64,000 nt of DNA. Origin: Macrostomum lignano. Lineage: Eukaryota. Numbering within the stretch: the stretch's first letter is position 1; the number at the start of each line of letters is the position of its first letter. This document shows positions 37,365 to 53,955 of this stretch, one piece after another. The translations under genes and the position numbers were made by a program. Location of the stretch: the NCBI GenBank assembly GCA_002269645.1, contig NIVC01001523.1, positions 210,183 through 274,182 on the forward strand, read 5' to 3'. The notes under the pieces were generated by a model. That model searched no databases. It was given only the letters and a program-made list of their open reading frames with translations, and was not told where the DNA came from.

Positions 37365-37775
37365 ATAAGCGCGCACTGGCACTGGCTTAAGCGCGCACTG
37401 GCACTGGCATAAGCGCGCACTGGCCATAAGCGCGCACTGGCACTAGCATAAGCGCGCGCTGGCACTGGCATAAGCGCGCACTGGCACTGGAATAAGCGCG
37501 CACTGGAATAAGAGCGCACTGGAATAAGCGCGCACTGGCACAAGCGCGCACTGGCATAAGCGCGCACTGGCATAAGCGCAAACTGGCACAAGCGCGCACT
37601 GGCATAAGCGCGCACTGGCATAAGCGCAAACTGGCACAAGCGCGCACTGGCATAAGCGCGCACTGGCATAAGCGCGCACTGGCACAAGCGCGCAATGACA
37701 TATGTGTGTACTGACATAAGCGCGCACTGGCATAAGCGCGCACTGACAATAAGCGCGCACTGGCACAAGCGCGCA
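37365..37775. repeat. 16-bp CpG-rich minisatellite (ggcataagcgcgcact)
   Basis: Tandem copies with period 16. Confidence 0.92.
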
Positions 37776-38407
37776 GATGAATGGCAGCAGCCAAGGCTAC
37801 GCGGTGTCAATCGCCCCAAAACTGTCAATTAATACTTGTATTCAAAAGTGCAAACAGATCTCTGGAAGCGGGACTTACCAGTATTGGGTACTATTAAAGT
37901 TGAGTTGACAAAAGATATTCGAATTCAAGGCCTCAGATCATGCCTTACTTGCTGTGGCGATCGGGTCAGTCACTGCTTGCCAAGCCCGGGGAAGCTCAGG
38001 CATTGGGGATCGCCCTATTTATGCTGAGTAGGATCTGGGTACTCGGAGCCGCGCGCCCTTCAGCTGTCTTGCAACCCCCCCCCCTGCCATTGACTAACCA
38101 GAGCGCGCTTCCTCCGCCTTCTCAAGTAGCCCTGCCGTCATTCGCCACAACGGGAATAAGCTGGAGAGAGAGATTAGACAGAGATAGGGGGCAGGGGGAC
38201 AACGCAGGAAGGCGCCGCTCAGCCTTTGACGCACTTTGCTGGCCTGGTTTGGATCCCGAAGGTGTCATTGCATCTCTCGGAATTAATCTCTTTATTTCAG
38301 TGATGACGCAACACCTGACGTGACACGACGCTGCAGTTGTTGCTGAGTGGATAAAGGGAATAAAGTTGGTTTAATAAAAGATTTTTGAGGCAACCACTGC
38401 TAGTAGG

Positions 38408-39150
38408 ATTCACGGACGTCAGGATCATAGCATCTGGAATGGAAACTGCAATTCTCTATGATTCACGGACGTCAGGATCATAGCATCTGGAATGGAAACT
38501 GCAATTCTCTATGATTCACGGACGTCAGGATCATAGCATCTGGAATGGAAACTACAATTCTCTATGATTCACGGACGTCAGGATCATAGCATCTGGAATG
38601 GAAACTGCAATTGTCTATGATTCACGGACATCAGGATCATAGCATCTGGAATGGAAACTGCAATTGTCTATGATTCACGGACATCAGGATCATAGCATCT
38701 GGAATGGAAACTGCAATTGTCTATGATTCACGGATGTCAAGATCATAGCATCTGGAATGGAAACTGCAATTCTCTATGATTCACGGATGTCAGGATCATA
38801 GCATCTGGAATGGAAACTGCAATTCTCTATGATTCACGGATGTCAGGATCATAGCATCTGGAACGAAAACTGCAATTCTCTATGATTCACGGACGTCAGG
38901 ATCATAGCATCTGGAACGAAAACTGCAATTCTCTATGATTCACGGATGTCAGGATCATAGCATCTGGAATGGAAACTGCAATTCTCTATGATTCACGGAT
39001 GTCAGGATCATAGCATCTGGAACGAAAACTACAATTCTCTATGATTCACGGACGTCAGGATCATAGCATCTGGAATGGAAACTGCAATTCTCTATGATTC
39101 ACGGACGTCAGAATCGTAGCATCTGGAGTGTACACTGTTCTATGATTCAT
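38408..39150. repeat. 53-bp minisatellite
   Basis: attcacggacgtcaggatcatagcatctggaatggaaactgcaattctctatg, about 14 copies with no spacers. Confidence 0.95.
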
Positions 39151-40084
39151 GGACTTCTGAATGTAGCAATTGGAGTTTAAAAAGTATTTTAGCGTTGCCA
39201 TAAAAGTTGAATCGACGCTAGATGTACTTTTAAAGCCCTTGAAGGTTGTCTTTGTCCTAATATCACAGCTATAGCTTTCGTAGTAACGACTGGCTGTTTT
39301 TAACAGACCCATAATTCCATACACCACATGTGCATCAAAGAGTCATCAAAATGAATCAGCTCTGTATAATTGATAAATCTTGTTCAGAAAAATCTTAGCC
39401 GTGAATGTGATTTTGTTTGGCTGCAGCTCTTTGAGGGTGGAGTCTGTTTGAATTTCTGAACAAAGATTCATTGCTCGTTCACAGCTGGTACCACCTGTTC
39501 AAAGTCGTTCTCTCTCGACCTTATCCTTCGTTTGGTAATTATCCATTTTTTAATGCCATCCAGTCCTTTGTGGGCCGGGCTGCCTCCATTGATAATATTT
39601 CCGATTTTAAAACGAATGACGCACGGAAGTCTGCACTGCTCTCAGGCTGCTCATAAAGCTTGTTTAAAGTGCGCGGGCGAATAGCGGCTCTGAGATTACA
39701 AAATAAGCTGTTTTCATGAGTCTCTAAATCGATGCTATGGGCTGATTTGTCAATTTAACGTCTCAATACAGATGTACAGACGGATTAATATCCCAAGGTT
39801 GCCGTGGTGTTAGCAGCCGAATTTAGTTCACTTCCTGAGCACTTTTAATAAAATAGATTGAGAGTTAGGTGGACGGTGAAAAGAGCGAGGGGGAGAGAGA
39901 GAAAAGAGAGGAGAGATGAGATGAATATTGAGGAGATTAGGAGAGAGGGGTAGAAAGGGAAGAGTCCTCAAACTCCAAAGTTCTGACGTGGTAACGCGGA
40001 TCCTTCAGATATTTAAAGTATTTTATATTCTTCCTCAGGGCTAATAAGAAGAGAGAGATGAGAAGAAAAGAGAAGAGTCGGGAA

Positions 40085-40460
<376 letters not shown>

Positions 40461-41658
40461 AAGTGACTCTCAGAGGAGAAACGGAGCGAGGCAAGGAGGC
40501 GGAGTGAACAGCAATAGTGAAGATCAGCTGATCGATGTGAAGCATAATTAGTTGTGAAAGATTCCAGGGCTCTGAGAGCGAATTGAATCCGCATTTTAAG
40601 GTACAAATAAAGGAGATTGGATTGAATCATAAGTATCAAATATCGAGTTTCCAAGGCCCCAGAGCCGCATAGCGAGCGCTCAGTCTCAGGCATCACAATC
40701 AATTAAAATCGGCCTCTTGTTGCTTTCAGAGAAAAACAGCGACTGTCAGAGATATGAAAAATTTCAACTGGCATGACGTCACTGATAAGCCGCTCTCCAT
40801 CATGCTAATTAGCGAGAATTAAAGGCAGCAGAGGAGGCCTATTGTAAGTCTCAAATTGCGCAATTTCGATTGCACTTTAACTCTGTATTATAGTGCATGG
40901 AACTTTAATCTCTGGGATTATTTTATGAGAAAGCGAATATTATGACGTCAATGGGAGACTTTTATCTGTGGAATGAATCCGACAATTTTTAAACTACTAT
41001 AAGTAGCTGAAATGATGAGCAATCAGCGATAATAATATTCTGCGACATCGTCCCGCAATCGAAATCAGTTTCTGCTTTATGAACTTTGTAAGATCGCTAC
41101 TGCTTAACTAAAGCTTAGAAATTCAATAGAGGGAGCATGTTGTACAATTATCAAGACCAGAACACTCACATTAACAAATTGATGTTTCCATTTATTAAAC
41201 AAATATAGCCATTGATACGTAACAAACTTTAGACTTTAACAAAGTACTTGATTCGGAATTCAAAACATATATCCATTTGCTGACGTTTTTATACATAATC
41301 AGTCTGTCCATACTTAATAACAATGACTTACATGACTAACCCGCAATATCATTCTCGACTTTTCTACCTGTAGCTTGACGCTGATTGGTTAATAAGTGCC
41401 TGTTAATACTCTTCTCGACTTTTCTACCACTAGCTTGGCGCTGATTGGTTGATAAGCGAACAGCAATGCATTTCTCGACTTTTCTACCCCTAGCTTGACG
41501 CTTATCAATCTGTCATTGGTTGATAAGCGACTAGCAATGCTCTTCTGGACTTTTCTACCCCTAACTTGACGCTGATTGGTTACGAGTAATAAACGACTAG
41601 CAGTACTATTCTCGACTTTTCTACCCCTGAATTGATTCTGATCGCAACTCCGAAATCT

Positions 41659-41922
<264 letters not shown>

Positions 41923-41924
41923 TT

Positions 41925-42323
41925 AGCAGGAGAGTGAACTGTCTAACAGGAGAGTGAACTGTCTTACAGGAGAGTGAACTGTCTAACAGGAGAGTGAACT
42001 GTCTAACAGGAGAGAGAACTGTCTAACAGGAGAGTGAACTGTCTAACAGGAGAGTGAACTGTCTAACAGGAGAGTGAACTGTCTAACAGGAGAGTGAACT
42101 GTCTTACAGGAGAGTGAACTGTCTAACAGGAGAGTGAACTGTCTAACAGGAGAGTGAACTGTCTAACAGGAGAGAGAACTGTCTAACAGGAGAGAGAACT
42201 GTCTAACAGGAGAGTGAACTGTCTAACAAGAGAGTGAACTGTCTTACAGGAGAGTGAACTGTCTAACAGGAGAGTGAACTGTCTAACAGGAGAGTGAACT
42301 GTCTAACAGGAGAGTGAACTGTC
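41925..42323. repeat. 20-bp minisatellite in TDO intron 5
   Basis: caggagagtgaactgtctaa in tandem. Confidence 0.95.
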
Positions 42324-42689
42324 AAAAAGCACAGGATAACATTGATTTGATAATAATTCTGCACCTGAATATTGCATTCTACCGATTTCCAGTTTATGCA
42401 TTGAGATACTTGATATTGAAATTAAGGTGGAAACAATGAGATCCTATTGATGCTGATCAATATTCCACCTTTTGATTTCAAATTTAGGTCAACATTTTTT
42501 AATCCAGAGAAGCAGTTTTGCTACATCGAAAATATTTATCTCTGTGGAAATACTTCATGCTGAGGTCACTTGTACGAGTAAATACCCCATCGAACTGTCA
42601 CTGATGGCTTTTTGGAAGATTAAAATAAGAGCTCCCGATAAACACCTGGATTGATTAACTATGTAAAGCGTAATTAAATGACTTGCATA

Positions 42690-43192
<503 letters not shown>

Positions 43193-43200
43193 GTTTATCA

Positions 43201-43422
<222 letters not shown>

Positions 43423-43431
43423 TCATACTAC

Positions 43432-43543
43432 CTTTTTCAATGTAGGAGTTATACACCTCCAAATTGTCGATGGAGTGAAAAGCGTCCAGCTGCTTCTTAT
43501 AGTCGGCCATCTTCAACTGCTTCAGCGAGGGATCGGTCTCCCG
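43432..43543 (-). CDS. TDO2: Tryptophan 2,3-dioxygenase exon 4
   Basis: tcgcag|RETDPSLKQLKMADYKKQLDAFHSIDNLEVYNSYIEK g|gtagta. Phases fit both neighbouring exons. Confidence 0.85.
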
Positions 43544-43675
43544 CTGCGATGAGATTAGGAATGATGGGGTGCATGCAAGTACTTGTGAGTTACTAGCTGT
43601 GCAATGGTTAGTCGGGGATTGTAATGAATAGCCAGTGGCGCGATACGATGTAACACGGTACCTTGCGTGCGTTTA

Positions 43676-44749
<1,074 letters not shown>

Positions 44750-44819
44750 TTAAGAAAAGCGTTGAATGCAAGAAAAACTTTTAAAAAATAAACTCATCGC
44801 AGATCAAAAAGAGATATCA

Positions 44820-46873
44820 TCTAGACCAGAGAGAGATCAGAGAGAGATCAGAGAGAGATCAGAGAGAGATCAGAAAGAGATCAGAGAGAGATCAGAAAGA
44901 GATCAGAGAGAGATCAGAGAGAGATCAGAGATATCAGAGAGAGATCAGAGAGAGACCAGAGAGAGACCAGAGAGAGATCAGAGAGATCAGAGAGAGATCA
45001 GAGAGATCAGAGAGAGATCAGAGAGATCAGAAAGAGATCAGAGAGAGATCAGAGAGAGACCAGAGAGAGATCAGAGAGACAGATCAGAGAGAGATCAGAG
45101 AGAGATCAGAGAGAGATCAGAGATATCAGAGAGAGATCAGAGATATCAGAGAGAGATCAGAGAGAGATCAGAGAGATCAGAGAGAGATCAGAGAGAGATC
45201 AGAGAGAGATCAGAGAGAGATCAGAGAGAGATCAGAGAGAGATCAGAGAGAGAGATCAGAGAGAGATCAGAGAGAGATCAGAGAGAGATCAGAGAGAGAT
45301 CAGAGAGAGACCAGAGAGAGGTCAGAGAGAGATCAGAGAGAGATCAGAGAGATCAGAGAGAGATCAGAGAGAGATCAGAGAGAGATCAGAGAGAGATCAG
45401 AGAGAGATCAGAGAGAGATCAGAGAGAGATCAGAGAGAGACCAGAGAGAGATCAGAGAGAGAGATCAGAGAGAGATCAAAGAGAGATCAGAGAGAGATCA
45501 GAGAGAGATCAGAGAGAGATCAGAGAGAGATCAGAGAGAGATCAGAGAGATCAGAGAGAGATCAGAGAGAGATCAAAGAGAGATCAGAGAGAGATCAGAG
45601 AGAGATCAGAGAGAGATCAGAGAGAGATCACAGAGAGATCAGAGAGATCACAGAGAGATCAGAGAGAGATCAGAGAAAGACCAGAGAGAGATCAGAGAGA
45701 GATCAGAGAGATCAGAGAGAGACCAGAGAGAGACCAGAGAGAGATCAGAGAGAGATCAGAGAGAGACCAGAGAGAGATCAGAGAGAGACCAGAGAGAGAT
45801 CAGAGAGAGAGATCAGAGAGAGATCAGAGAGAGATCAGAGAGAGATCACAGAGATCAGAGAGAGATCAGAGAGAGATCAGAGAGAGACCAGAGAGAGGTC
45901 AGAGAGAGATCAGGGAGAGATCAGAGAGATCAGAGAGAGATCAGAGAGAGATCACAGAGATCAGAGAGAGATCAGAGAGAGATTAGAGAGAGATCAGAGA
46001 GATCAGAGAGAGATCACAGAGATCAGAGAGAGATCAGAGAGAGATCAGAGAGAGATCAGAGAGAGACCAGAGAGAGATCAGAGAGAGATCAGAGAGAGAC
46101 CAGAGAGAGGTCAGAGAGAGATCAGGGAGAGATCAGAGAGATCAGAGAGAGATCAGAGAGATATCAGAGAGAGATCAGATAGAGATCAGAGAGAGATCAC
46201 AGAGATCAGAGAGAGATCAGAGAGAGATCAGAGAGAGACCAGAGAGAGGTCAGAGAGAGATCAGGGAGAGGTCAGAGAGAGATCAGAGAGATCAGAGAGA
46301 GATCACAGAGATCAGAGAGAGATCAGAGAGATCAGAGAGAGATCACAGAGATCAGAGAGAGATCAGAGAGATCAGAGAGAGATCAGAGAGATCAGAGAGA
46401 GATCACAGAGATCAGAGAGAGATCAGAGAGAGATCAGAGAGAGACCAGAGAGAGATCAGAGAGAGAGATCAGAGAGAGATCAAAGAGAGATCAGAGAGAG
46501 ATCAGAGAGAGATCAGAGAGAGACCAGAGAGAGGTCAGAGAGAGATCAGGGAGAGATCAGAGAGAGATCAGAGAGAGATTAGAGAGAGATCAGAGAGATC
46601 AGAGAGAGATCAGAGAGAGACCAGAGAGAGACCAGAGAGAGATCAGAGAGAGATCAGAGAGAGACCAGAGAGAGGTCAGAGAGAGATCAGAGAGAGATCA
46701 GAGAGATCAGAGAGAGATCAGAGAGATCAGAGAGAGATCAGAGAGAGATCAGAGAGAGATCAGAGAGAGATCAGAGAGATCAGAGAGAGATCAGAGAGAG
46801 ATCAAAGAGAGATCAGAGAGAGACCAGAGAGAGACCAGAGAGAGACCAGAGAGAGACCAGAGAGACCAGAGAG
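44820..46873. repeat. (GAGA)nGATCA variable-unit satellite in TDO intron 2
   Basis: About 2 kb of 10-14 bp units. Confidence 0.95.
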
Positions 46874-46908
46874 AATTAGCTGAGCGCTCGTGCACCAGCT
46901 GACCTCAC

Positions 46909-47136
46909 CTTCATGATGACCACCACGCGGTTCAGCCGGTTGATCACCAGCAGCATTTTGCCTTCGTCGAAGACTTTCCCGCTGAACAGCTGGCGCACAG
47001 AGTCGATCTCGAAGATCACCTGCTTGAACCAGAGCTCGAACGCCTGGTGGGTCACGATGAACAGGTGCTCGTCGTGAACTGGCTGACCGCTGTCTGTCTG
47101 ACCCACCGGTAGCTGGCAGGACAACAGACTGTTGAG
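46909..47136 (-). CDS. TDO2: Tryptophan 2,3-dioxygenase exon 2
   Basis: LNSLLSCQ...VHDEHLFIVTHQAFELWFKQVIFEIDSVR. Acceptor ccacag, donor aag|gtgagg. Confidence 0.95.
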
Positions 47137-47184
47137 CTGTGGGATTGGAGAGTTAAGAATGAGCACAGTGACTGGAAATGAGGA

Positions 47185-48200
47185 CAGATCGGTATATGAC
47201 TCATCATACATGCTGGTGACTGTATCTATGACTCATCATACAGGCTGGTGACTGTATCTATGACTCATCATACAGGCTGGTGACTGTATCTATGACTCAT
47301 CATACATGCTGGTGACTGTATCTATGACTCATCATACAGGCTGGTGACTGTATCTATGACTCATCATACATGCTGGTGACTGTATCTATGACTCATCATA
47401 CATGCTGGTGACTGTATCTATGACTCATCATACAGGCTGGTGACTGTATCTATGACTCATCATACATGCTGGTGACTGTATCTATGACTCATCATACAGG
47501 CTGGTGACTGTATCTATGACTCATCATACAGGCTGGTGGCTGTATCTATGACTCATCATACAGGCTGGTGACTGTATCTATGACTCATCATACAGGCTGG
47601 TGACTGTATCTATGACTCATCATACAGGCTGGTGACTGTATCTATGACTCATCATACAGGCTGGTGGCTGTATCTATGACTCATCATACAGGCTGGTGAC
47701 TGTATCTATGACTCATCATACAGGCTGGTGGCTGTATCTATGACTCATCATACAGGCTGGTGGCTGTATCTATGACTCATCATACAGGCTGATAACTGTA
47801 TCTATGACTCATCATACAGGCTGGTGACTGTATATTTATGACTCATTATACAGGCCAGTGACTATATTAATGACTCATTTTACAGGCTGGGGACTGTATT
47901 TATGAATCATTATACAGGCTATTGACTATATCTATGACTCATTATACAGGCTGATGACATATCTACGACTCATCATACAGGCTGGTGACTGTATCTATGA
48001 CTCATCTTGCAGCTCGGTTGCTATATCTATGACTCATCATGCAGGCTGGTGACTGTATCTATGACTCATCATGCAGTTTGGTGGCTATATCTACTCGTAT
48101 GACTCATGATACAGGTTGGTGACTACATCTATGACTCGTAATACAGGCTGAAGACACATATAGCTATGACTCATTATACAGACTAATGACTCCTATATGT
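47185..48200. repeat. 32-bp minisatellite in TDO intron 1
   Basis: tatgactcatcatacaggctggtgactgtatc in tandem, decaying rightward. Confidence 0.95.
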
Positions 48201-48335
48201 CTCATCATGACGACTCAAGACTATACTTTTGAGTCATACTACGATATCTAATGTGGATAGCTTTTATGACTCAAACTATTTGCTGGACTAATTAAGTCCC
48301 CTTAATCCATATTTATGAATCAATAACAATCTCAC

Positions 48336-48446
48336 CTGCAGATACTGGCCGTAAGTCAGCGCCGCATCGCCCATTGTTTCAACCTTGTTGACGCCTTCTT
48401 GATCGGCGCCACCGACTGGCTGATTTGCGTACATGCAGGAACTCAT
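48336..48446 (-). CDS. TDO2: Tryptophan 2,3-dioxygenase exon 1
   Basis: MSSCMY...DQEGVNKVETMGDAALTYGQYLQ. Donor cag|gtgaga. Confidence 0.85.
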
Positions 48447-48799
48447 CTCTGATAGTTTCAATATGGCTAATCCCTATCCCTGTCTGTCAGATGCTTGGTC
48501 CGGCTCAAACTCCAGTCTGTCAGTTTTATTCAAGCTTGGAAAACCCCCTCCAGTTCTTATCTTATCATAAAAGGGCGGCTTTTTGGGGATTAATAAATAG
48601 CTGCATTCTCCTCTCTGTGGGAAATAAAAGCTGTTCTGCCTGTTTGCCTTGTCGGTGCCAACAAACCTCTGGCTGACAGGTTCACACGGGTCAGAGCACA
48701 GGGGCTGGGCTGAGCACTTGGTTGGGGAATAAAGAATCAGCCCCTTGTCATGGCTCAACTGACTTCCTGTGCTGTGGGAGCACTAGGCGGAGTGGGCGC

Positions 48800-49850
48800 T
48801 CCCTGTCTCCTTCTAGCGCCCCCTGTCTCCTTCTAGCGCCCCCTGTCCCTTACTAGCGCCCCTGTCTCCTTCTAGCGCCCCCTGTTTCCTTCAAGTGACT
48901 CCTGTCCCCTTCTAGCGCCCCCTGTCCCCTTCTAGCGCCCTCTTTTCCCTTCTGGCGCCCCCTGTCTCCTTCTAGCGCCCCTGTCTCCTTCTAGCGCCCC
49001 CTGTCCCCTTCTAGTGACCCCTGTTCCCTTCTAGTGACCCCTGTCCCCTTCTAGCGCCCCCTGTCTCCTTCTAGCGCCTGTCTCCTAGCGCCCCCTGTCC
49101 CCTTCTAGCGCCCCCTGTCTCCTTCTAGCGCCTGTCTCCTAGCGCCCCCTGTCCCCTTCTAGCGCCCCCTGTCTCCTTCTAGCGCCCGTCTCCTAGCGCC
49201 CCCTGTCCCCTTCTAGCGCCCCCTGTCTCCTTCTAGCGCCCGTCTCCTAGCGCCCCCTGTCTCCTTCTAGCGCCTGTCTCCTAGCGCCCCCTGTCCCCTT
49301 CTAGCGCCCCCTGTCCCCTACTAGCGCCCCTGTCTCCTTCTAGCGTCCTCTTTTCCCTTCTGGCGCCCCCTGTCCCCTTCTAGCGCCCCCTGTCTCCTTC
49401 TAGTGCCCCCTGTTCCCTTCTAGCGCCTGTCTCCTAGCGCCCCCTGTCCCCTTCTAGCGCCCCCTGTCTCCTTCTAGCGCCTGTCCCCTTCTAGCGCCCC
49501 CTGTCCCCTTCTAGCGCCCCCTGTCTCCTTCTAGCGCCTGTCTCCTAGCGCCCCCTGTCCCCTTCTAGCGCCCCCTGTCTCCTTCTAGCGCCCGTCTCCT
49601 AGCGCCCCCTGTCCCCTTCTAGCGCCCCCTGGCTCCTTCTAGCGCCCGTCTCCTAGCGCCCCCTGTTTCCTTCTAGCGCCTGTCTCCTAGCGCCCCCTGT
49701 CCCCTTCTAGCGCCCCCTGTCCCCTACTAGCGCCCCTGTCTCCTTCTAGCGTCCTCTTTTCCCTTCTGGCGCCCCCTGTCCCCTTCTAGCGCCCCCTGTC
49801 TCCTTCTAGTGCCCCCTGTTCCCTTCTAGCGCCCCCTGTTCCCTTCTAAC
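48800..49850. repeat. About 20-bp C-rich minisatellite (ctagcgccccctgtctcctt)
   Basis: Tandem variants. Confidence 0.92.
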
Positions 49851-50619
49851 TGACCCCTCTCCTCCAATCACCAACAAAAGGGGAAATTTTCAATCCTTTG
49901 AATTCAATTTGCCCAAGCAATCAGAGTAGGAAGAAAAATGCAGCCATATTAGCAAAATTTTAACGACAACCATGAGAAAAGAGAATCGGTCCTATGAATA
50001 GCAGCTTTCCCAGCTCTGGTCTCTGCTCTAGGCTCTCTCTGTTTCTCTCACGGGTGCGCTCCGCAATTTGTCCGCGGGGGCACACGCACAATTTTATTAC
50101 AATTTTACAATGCGAAATTGACCAACCGCGCCTCCCAAAGTCAATGTCGCTGGGTGTGTTTTTTTTTTAAAGAAACCGACTCTTGCAACTATTAGAAATC
50201 AACTTCGTTCTACTTGGCTAAACCCTACCCTTAATCCAATCTCGATGGCAATAATGAAAATGCATCGTGGAGAGAATTTTGGGAAGCTGAATCTGCAATG
50301 GGAAAAGGAGAGAGAGAGAGTCGGAGAGGTCATCATAAAACTGAAGCCCTGCTTGTTGAAGCTTTGCCAATAATTTTTAGCTGCTCACTGGCAGAGCGGG
50401 GGAGGTGGAGAACAGAGGCCAGTTCTGGCTTAGTAACAATAAATTTTACAACTTCGCCCGTCTCAACCCCACTGAGGGAGTGGGTATTCTTTTCCCTTTG
50501 AGTTGGGGCAAGGAGTTTCATAACCAAGAGCCTGGATTAGACAACTACGAGTAACTGGTGATTGATTTCAGTTTTTAAATCAAGAGTCGCCTCGCCTAAT
50601 GTTTGCTTCTCTTCTCAAT

Positions 50620-51440
50620 CATTTTTTCTTCTCTCTTCTCTCCTCTCTCCTCTCTCCTCTCTCTTCTCTACTCTCTCCTCTCTCCTCTCTCTTCTCTACT
50701 CTCTCCTCTCTCCTCTCTCCTCTCTCCTCTCTCCTCTCTCCTCTCTCCTCTCTCCTCTCTCCTCTCTCCTGTCTCCTCTCTCCTCTCTCCTCTCTCCTCT
50801 CTACTCTCTCCTCTCTCCTGTTTCCTCTCTCCTCTCTCCTCTCTCTTCTCTACTCTCTCCTCTCTCCTCTCTCCTCTCTCCTCTCTCCTCTCTCCTCTCT
50901 CCTGTCTCCTCTCTCCTCTCTCCTCTCTCTTCTCTACTCTCTCCTCTCTCCTCTCTCCTCTCTCCTCTCTCCTCTCTCCTCTCTCCTCTCTCCTCTCTCC
51001 TCTCTCCTCTCTCCTCTCTCCTCTCTCCTCTCTCCTCTCTCCTCTCCCCTCTCTCCTTTCTCCTCTCTCTTCTCTACTCTCTCCTCTCTCCTCTCTCCTC
51101 TCTCCTCTTTCCTCTCTCTTCTCTACTCTCTCCTCTCTCCTCTCTCCTCTCTCCTCACTACTCTATCTTCTTTACTATCTCTCCTCTGCCCTCTCTTATC
51201 TCTCTTCTCTACTCTCTCTTCTCTCTCATCTCCCCTCTCTCCTCTCTCCTCTCTCCTCTCTCCTCTTTCCTCTCTCTTCTGTACTATCTCCTCTCTCCTC
51301 TCTCCTCTCTCCTCACTACTCTATCTTCTTTACTATCTCTCCTCTTCCCTCTCTTATCTCTCTTCTCTACTCTCTCTTCTCTCTCCTCTCCCCTCTCTCC
51401 TCTCTCCTCTCTCCTCTCTCCTCTCTCCCCTCTCCTCTCT
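50620..51440. repeat. (CTCTCCT)n pyrimidine tract
   Basis: 7-bp units; source of the LLSPLSS ORFs. Confidence 0.93.
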
Positions 51441-52277
51441 CCAAATTCACTGTCTTATAGTAAAAATACGAGCTATCTTTGTGTTCAAATCTTTGAGAAC
51501 TGTCATATACGAGTCAAGCATGAGTCACTGCAAATCAGCCTACACTTGTCCGGCCAGAAGTTGTCAATCCAGAATCTGCTCCTAAGTTGTCCTTGGTTGA
51601 GCGTAAGCCATTGTTTCTTTCAAAATGGCCCCCTATAGAGAGAGAGAGAAGGGAAGGTGAGAGCGGGGAGGAGGGGTTGGAGCAGTTCATGGGTCCCATG
51701 GGAGCAAGGGAGGGTGGGGGTGGGACCGGACTCACGCCCCCTAGCCTTGATCAGTTTATATAAATCCTCCGTGCAAAAAGCAACCAAAGCTTCTGTAGCC
51801 TTTTGGTTTTTTTGTAAAATAAAGAGCCCGCCCGCCTGCAGGGTCCAGCTTTGACTTTTGCCGCTTAGAATTCAGCTCTCTGATTTCTATTTCAAAATTT
51901 AGCTACAAATTGAGAATCCGGAGCAGACAGAAGGCAGGTAAGCAGGAACTGACCAGCTGACAAAGTGAACCCCCAGAGACGCTGGGCCCTCTCGGTTTGA
52001 ATTCGTGCGCAGCCCCAACCCCAGCAGCTCATGCCAAGGGGCACAAATTCGAGCCAACAGGGTCACGCGTCCGGGAGAACTCGACCACCGCTCCGGCTGT
52101 GACCTCATGCGGTTCACACCCATGACCCCCCCCCTTACTACAAATCTGAGCCAAAAAACACTGCGTTTGCCCTATCGATATTTGTGGTTGAGCAATTCTT
52201 AAACAAAGACTACGAAATTAACTCTCGTAATTAAAGCAAGAGACAAAAGGCAAGTTTTGTGAGACCGCTGCTACTTG

Positions 52278-52920
52278 TCTCTCTCTGAATCTCTCTCAGT
52301 CTCTCTCTGAATCTCTCTCAGTCTCTCTCTGAATCTCTATTAGTCTCTCTCTGAATCTCTCTCAGTCTCTCTCTGAATCTCTCTCAGTCTCTCTCTGAAT
52401 CTCTCTCAGTCTCTCTCTGAATCTCTCTCAGTCTCTCTCTGAATCTCTATTAGTCTCTCTCTGAATCTCTCTCAGTCTCTCTCTGAATCTCTCTCAGTCT
52501 CTCTCTGAATCTCTCTCAGTCTCTCTCTGAATCTCTCTCAGTCTCTCTCTGAATCTATCTCAGTCTCTCTCTGAATCTCTCTCAGTCTCTCTCTGAATCT
52601 ATCTCAGTCTCTCTCTGAATCTCTCTCAGTCTCTCTCTGAATCTCTCTCAGTCTCTCTCTGAATCTCTCTCAGTCTCTCTCTGAATCTCTCTCAGTCTCT
52701 CTCTGAATCTCTCTCAGTCTCTCTCTGAATCTCTCTCAGTCTCTCTCTGAATCTCTCTCAGTCTCTCTCTGAATCTCTCTCAGTCTCTCTCTGAATCTCT
52801 CTCAGTCTCTCTCTGAATCTCTCTCAGTCTCTCTCTGAATCTCTCTCAGTCTCTCTCTGAATCTCTCTCAGTCTCTCTCTGAATCTCTCTCAGTCTCTCT
52901 CTGAATCTCTCTCAGTCTCT
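52278..52920. repeat. 22-bp minisatellite (gaatctctctcagtctctctct)
   Basis: Highly homogeneous tandem array. Confidence 0.95.
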
Positions 52921-53379
52921 CTTCACATTTCCCAGTCACCCTCCACATCTGTCCACATCCGCAAGCAAATAGTCTTAGATAATTGGGATGCAAATTTTCT
53001 GAAAGCCGAAAATACCACGTCTTTGAGACCCCCGCTGTGCATCCAACATAAAATTGAGCTATCCATTTAAAATTGTTAGCCAAACAATTTTTATGATCGG
53101 GCAGCTGGGGCTTGCTCAAAGTGAGGTCGGTTTGCTTGTTTCTTTGTCTATTATTGTATTTAAATAAATTGCTTTGATTTACTTAATCGGCTTCTGTCTT
53201 GATTTTTTTCTTAGTGTTTTTAGCCAGCACCTGCATATTTGAAATTGCTATAGCCTACTGCAGTTTGAGAATTTGGGTAGAACTGCACCTTTTTAGGGTG
53301 AGAAACAGCTACATACAACACAGCGCTCAGTGAGTACAGCTCAAGATGGTTAGTGTGTCAAAGGTGGTCATCTGGCCCC

Positions 53380-53955
53380 TCTGACACTCTGACCCTCTGA
53401 CCCCTCTGATCCATCTGACCCTCTGACCCACTCTAACCCTCTGCCCCTCTGACCCCTCTGACCCCTCTGATCCATCTGACCCTCTGACCCTCTGCCCCTC
53501 TGACCCCTCTGACCCCTCTGACCCTCTGCCCCTCTGACCCCTCTGACCCCTCTGACCCCTCTGACCCATCTGACCCTCTGACCCACTCTGACCCTCTGCC
53601 CCTCTGACCCCTCCGACCCCTCTGACCCTCTTGGTCTGACACTTTGGCATCCCTCTCAACTAGAAAATGACACTCTTGCAATTAGACAATGGCATCCCTT
53701 GCAGTTAGGTAATGGCATCCCTTGCAATTTAGACAATGGCATCCCTTGCAATTTAGACAATGGCATCCCTTGCAATTAGACAATGGCATCCCTTGCAAGT
53801 AGACAATGGCATCCCTTGCAATTAGACAATGGCATCCCTTGCAATTTAGACAATGGCATCCCTTGCAAGTAGACAATGGCATCCCTTGCAGTTAGGTAAT
53901 GGCATCCCTTGCAGTTAGGTAATGGCATCCCTTGCAGTTAGGTAATGGCATCCCT
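53380..53955. repeat. Two adjacent arrays: ctgacccct-type and 22-23 bp tagacaatggcatcccttgcaat
   Basis: Directly visible in the sequence. Confidence 0.88.

Noticed and set aside
38408-39150. CRISPR-like appearance of the 53-bp, 46-bp and 36-bp arrays
   Set aside because: Units are head-to-tail with no unique spacers, there are no cas genes, and the context is eukaryotic.
44766-45986. 406-aa ERSERDQREI ORF
   Set aside because: Satellite translation, antisense within TDO intron 2, with no unique sequence.
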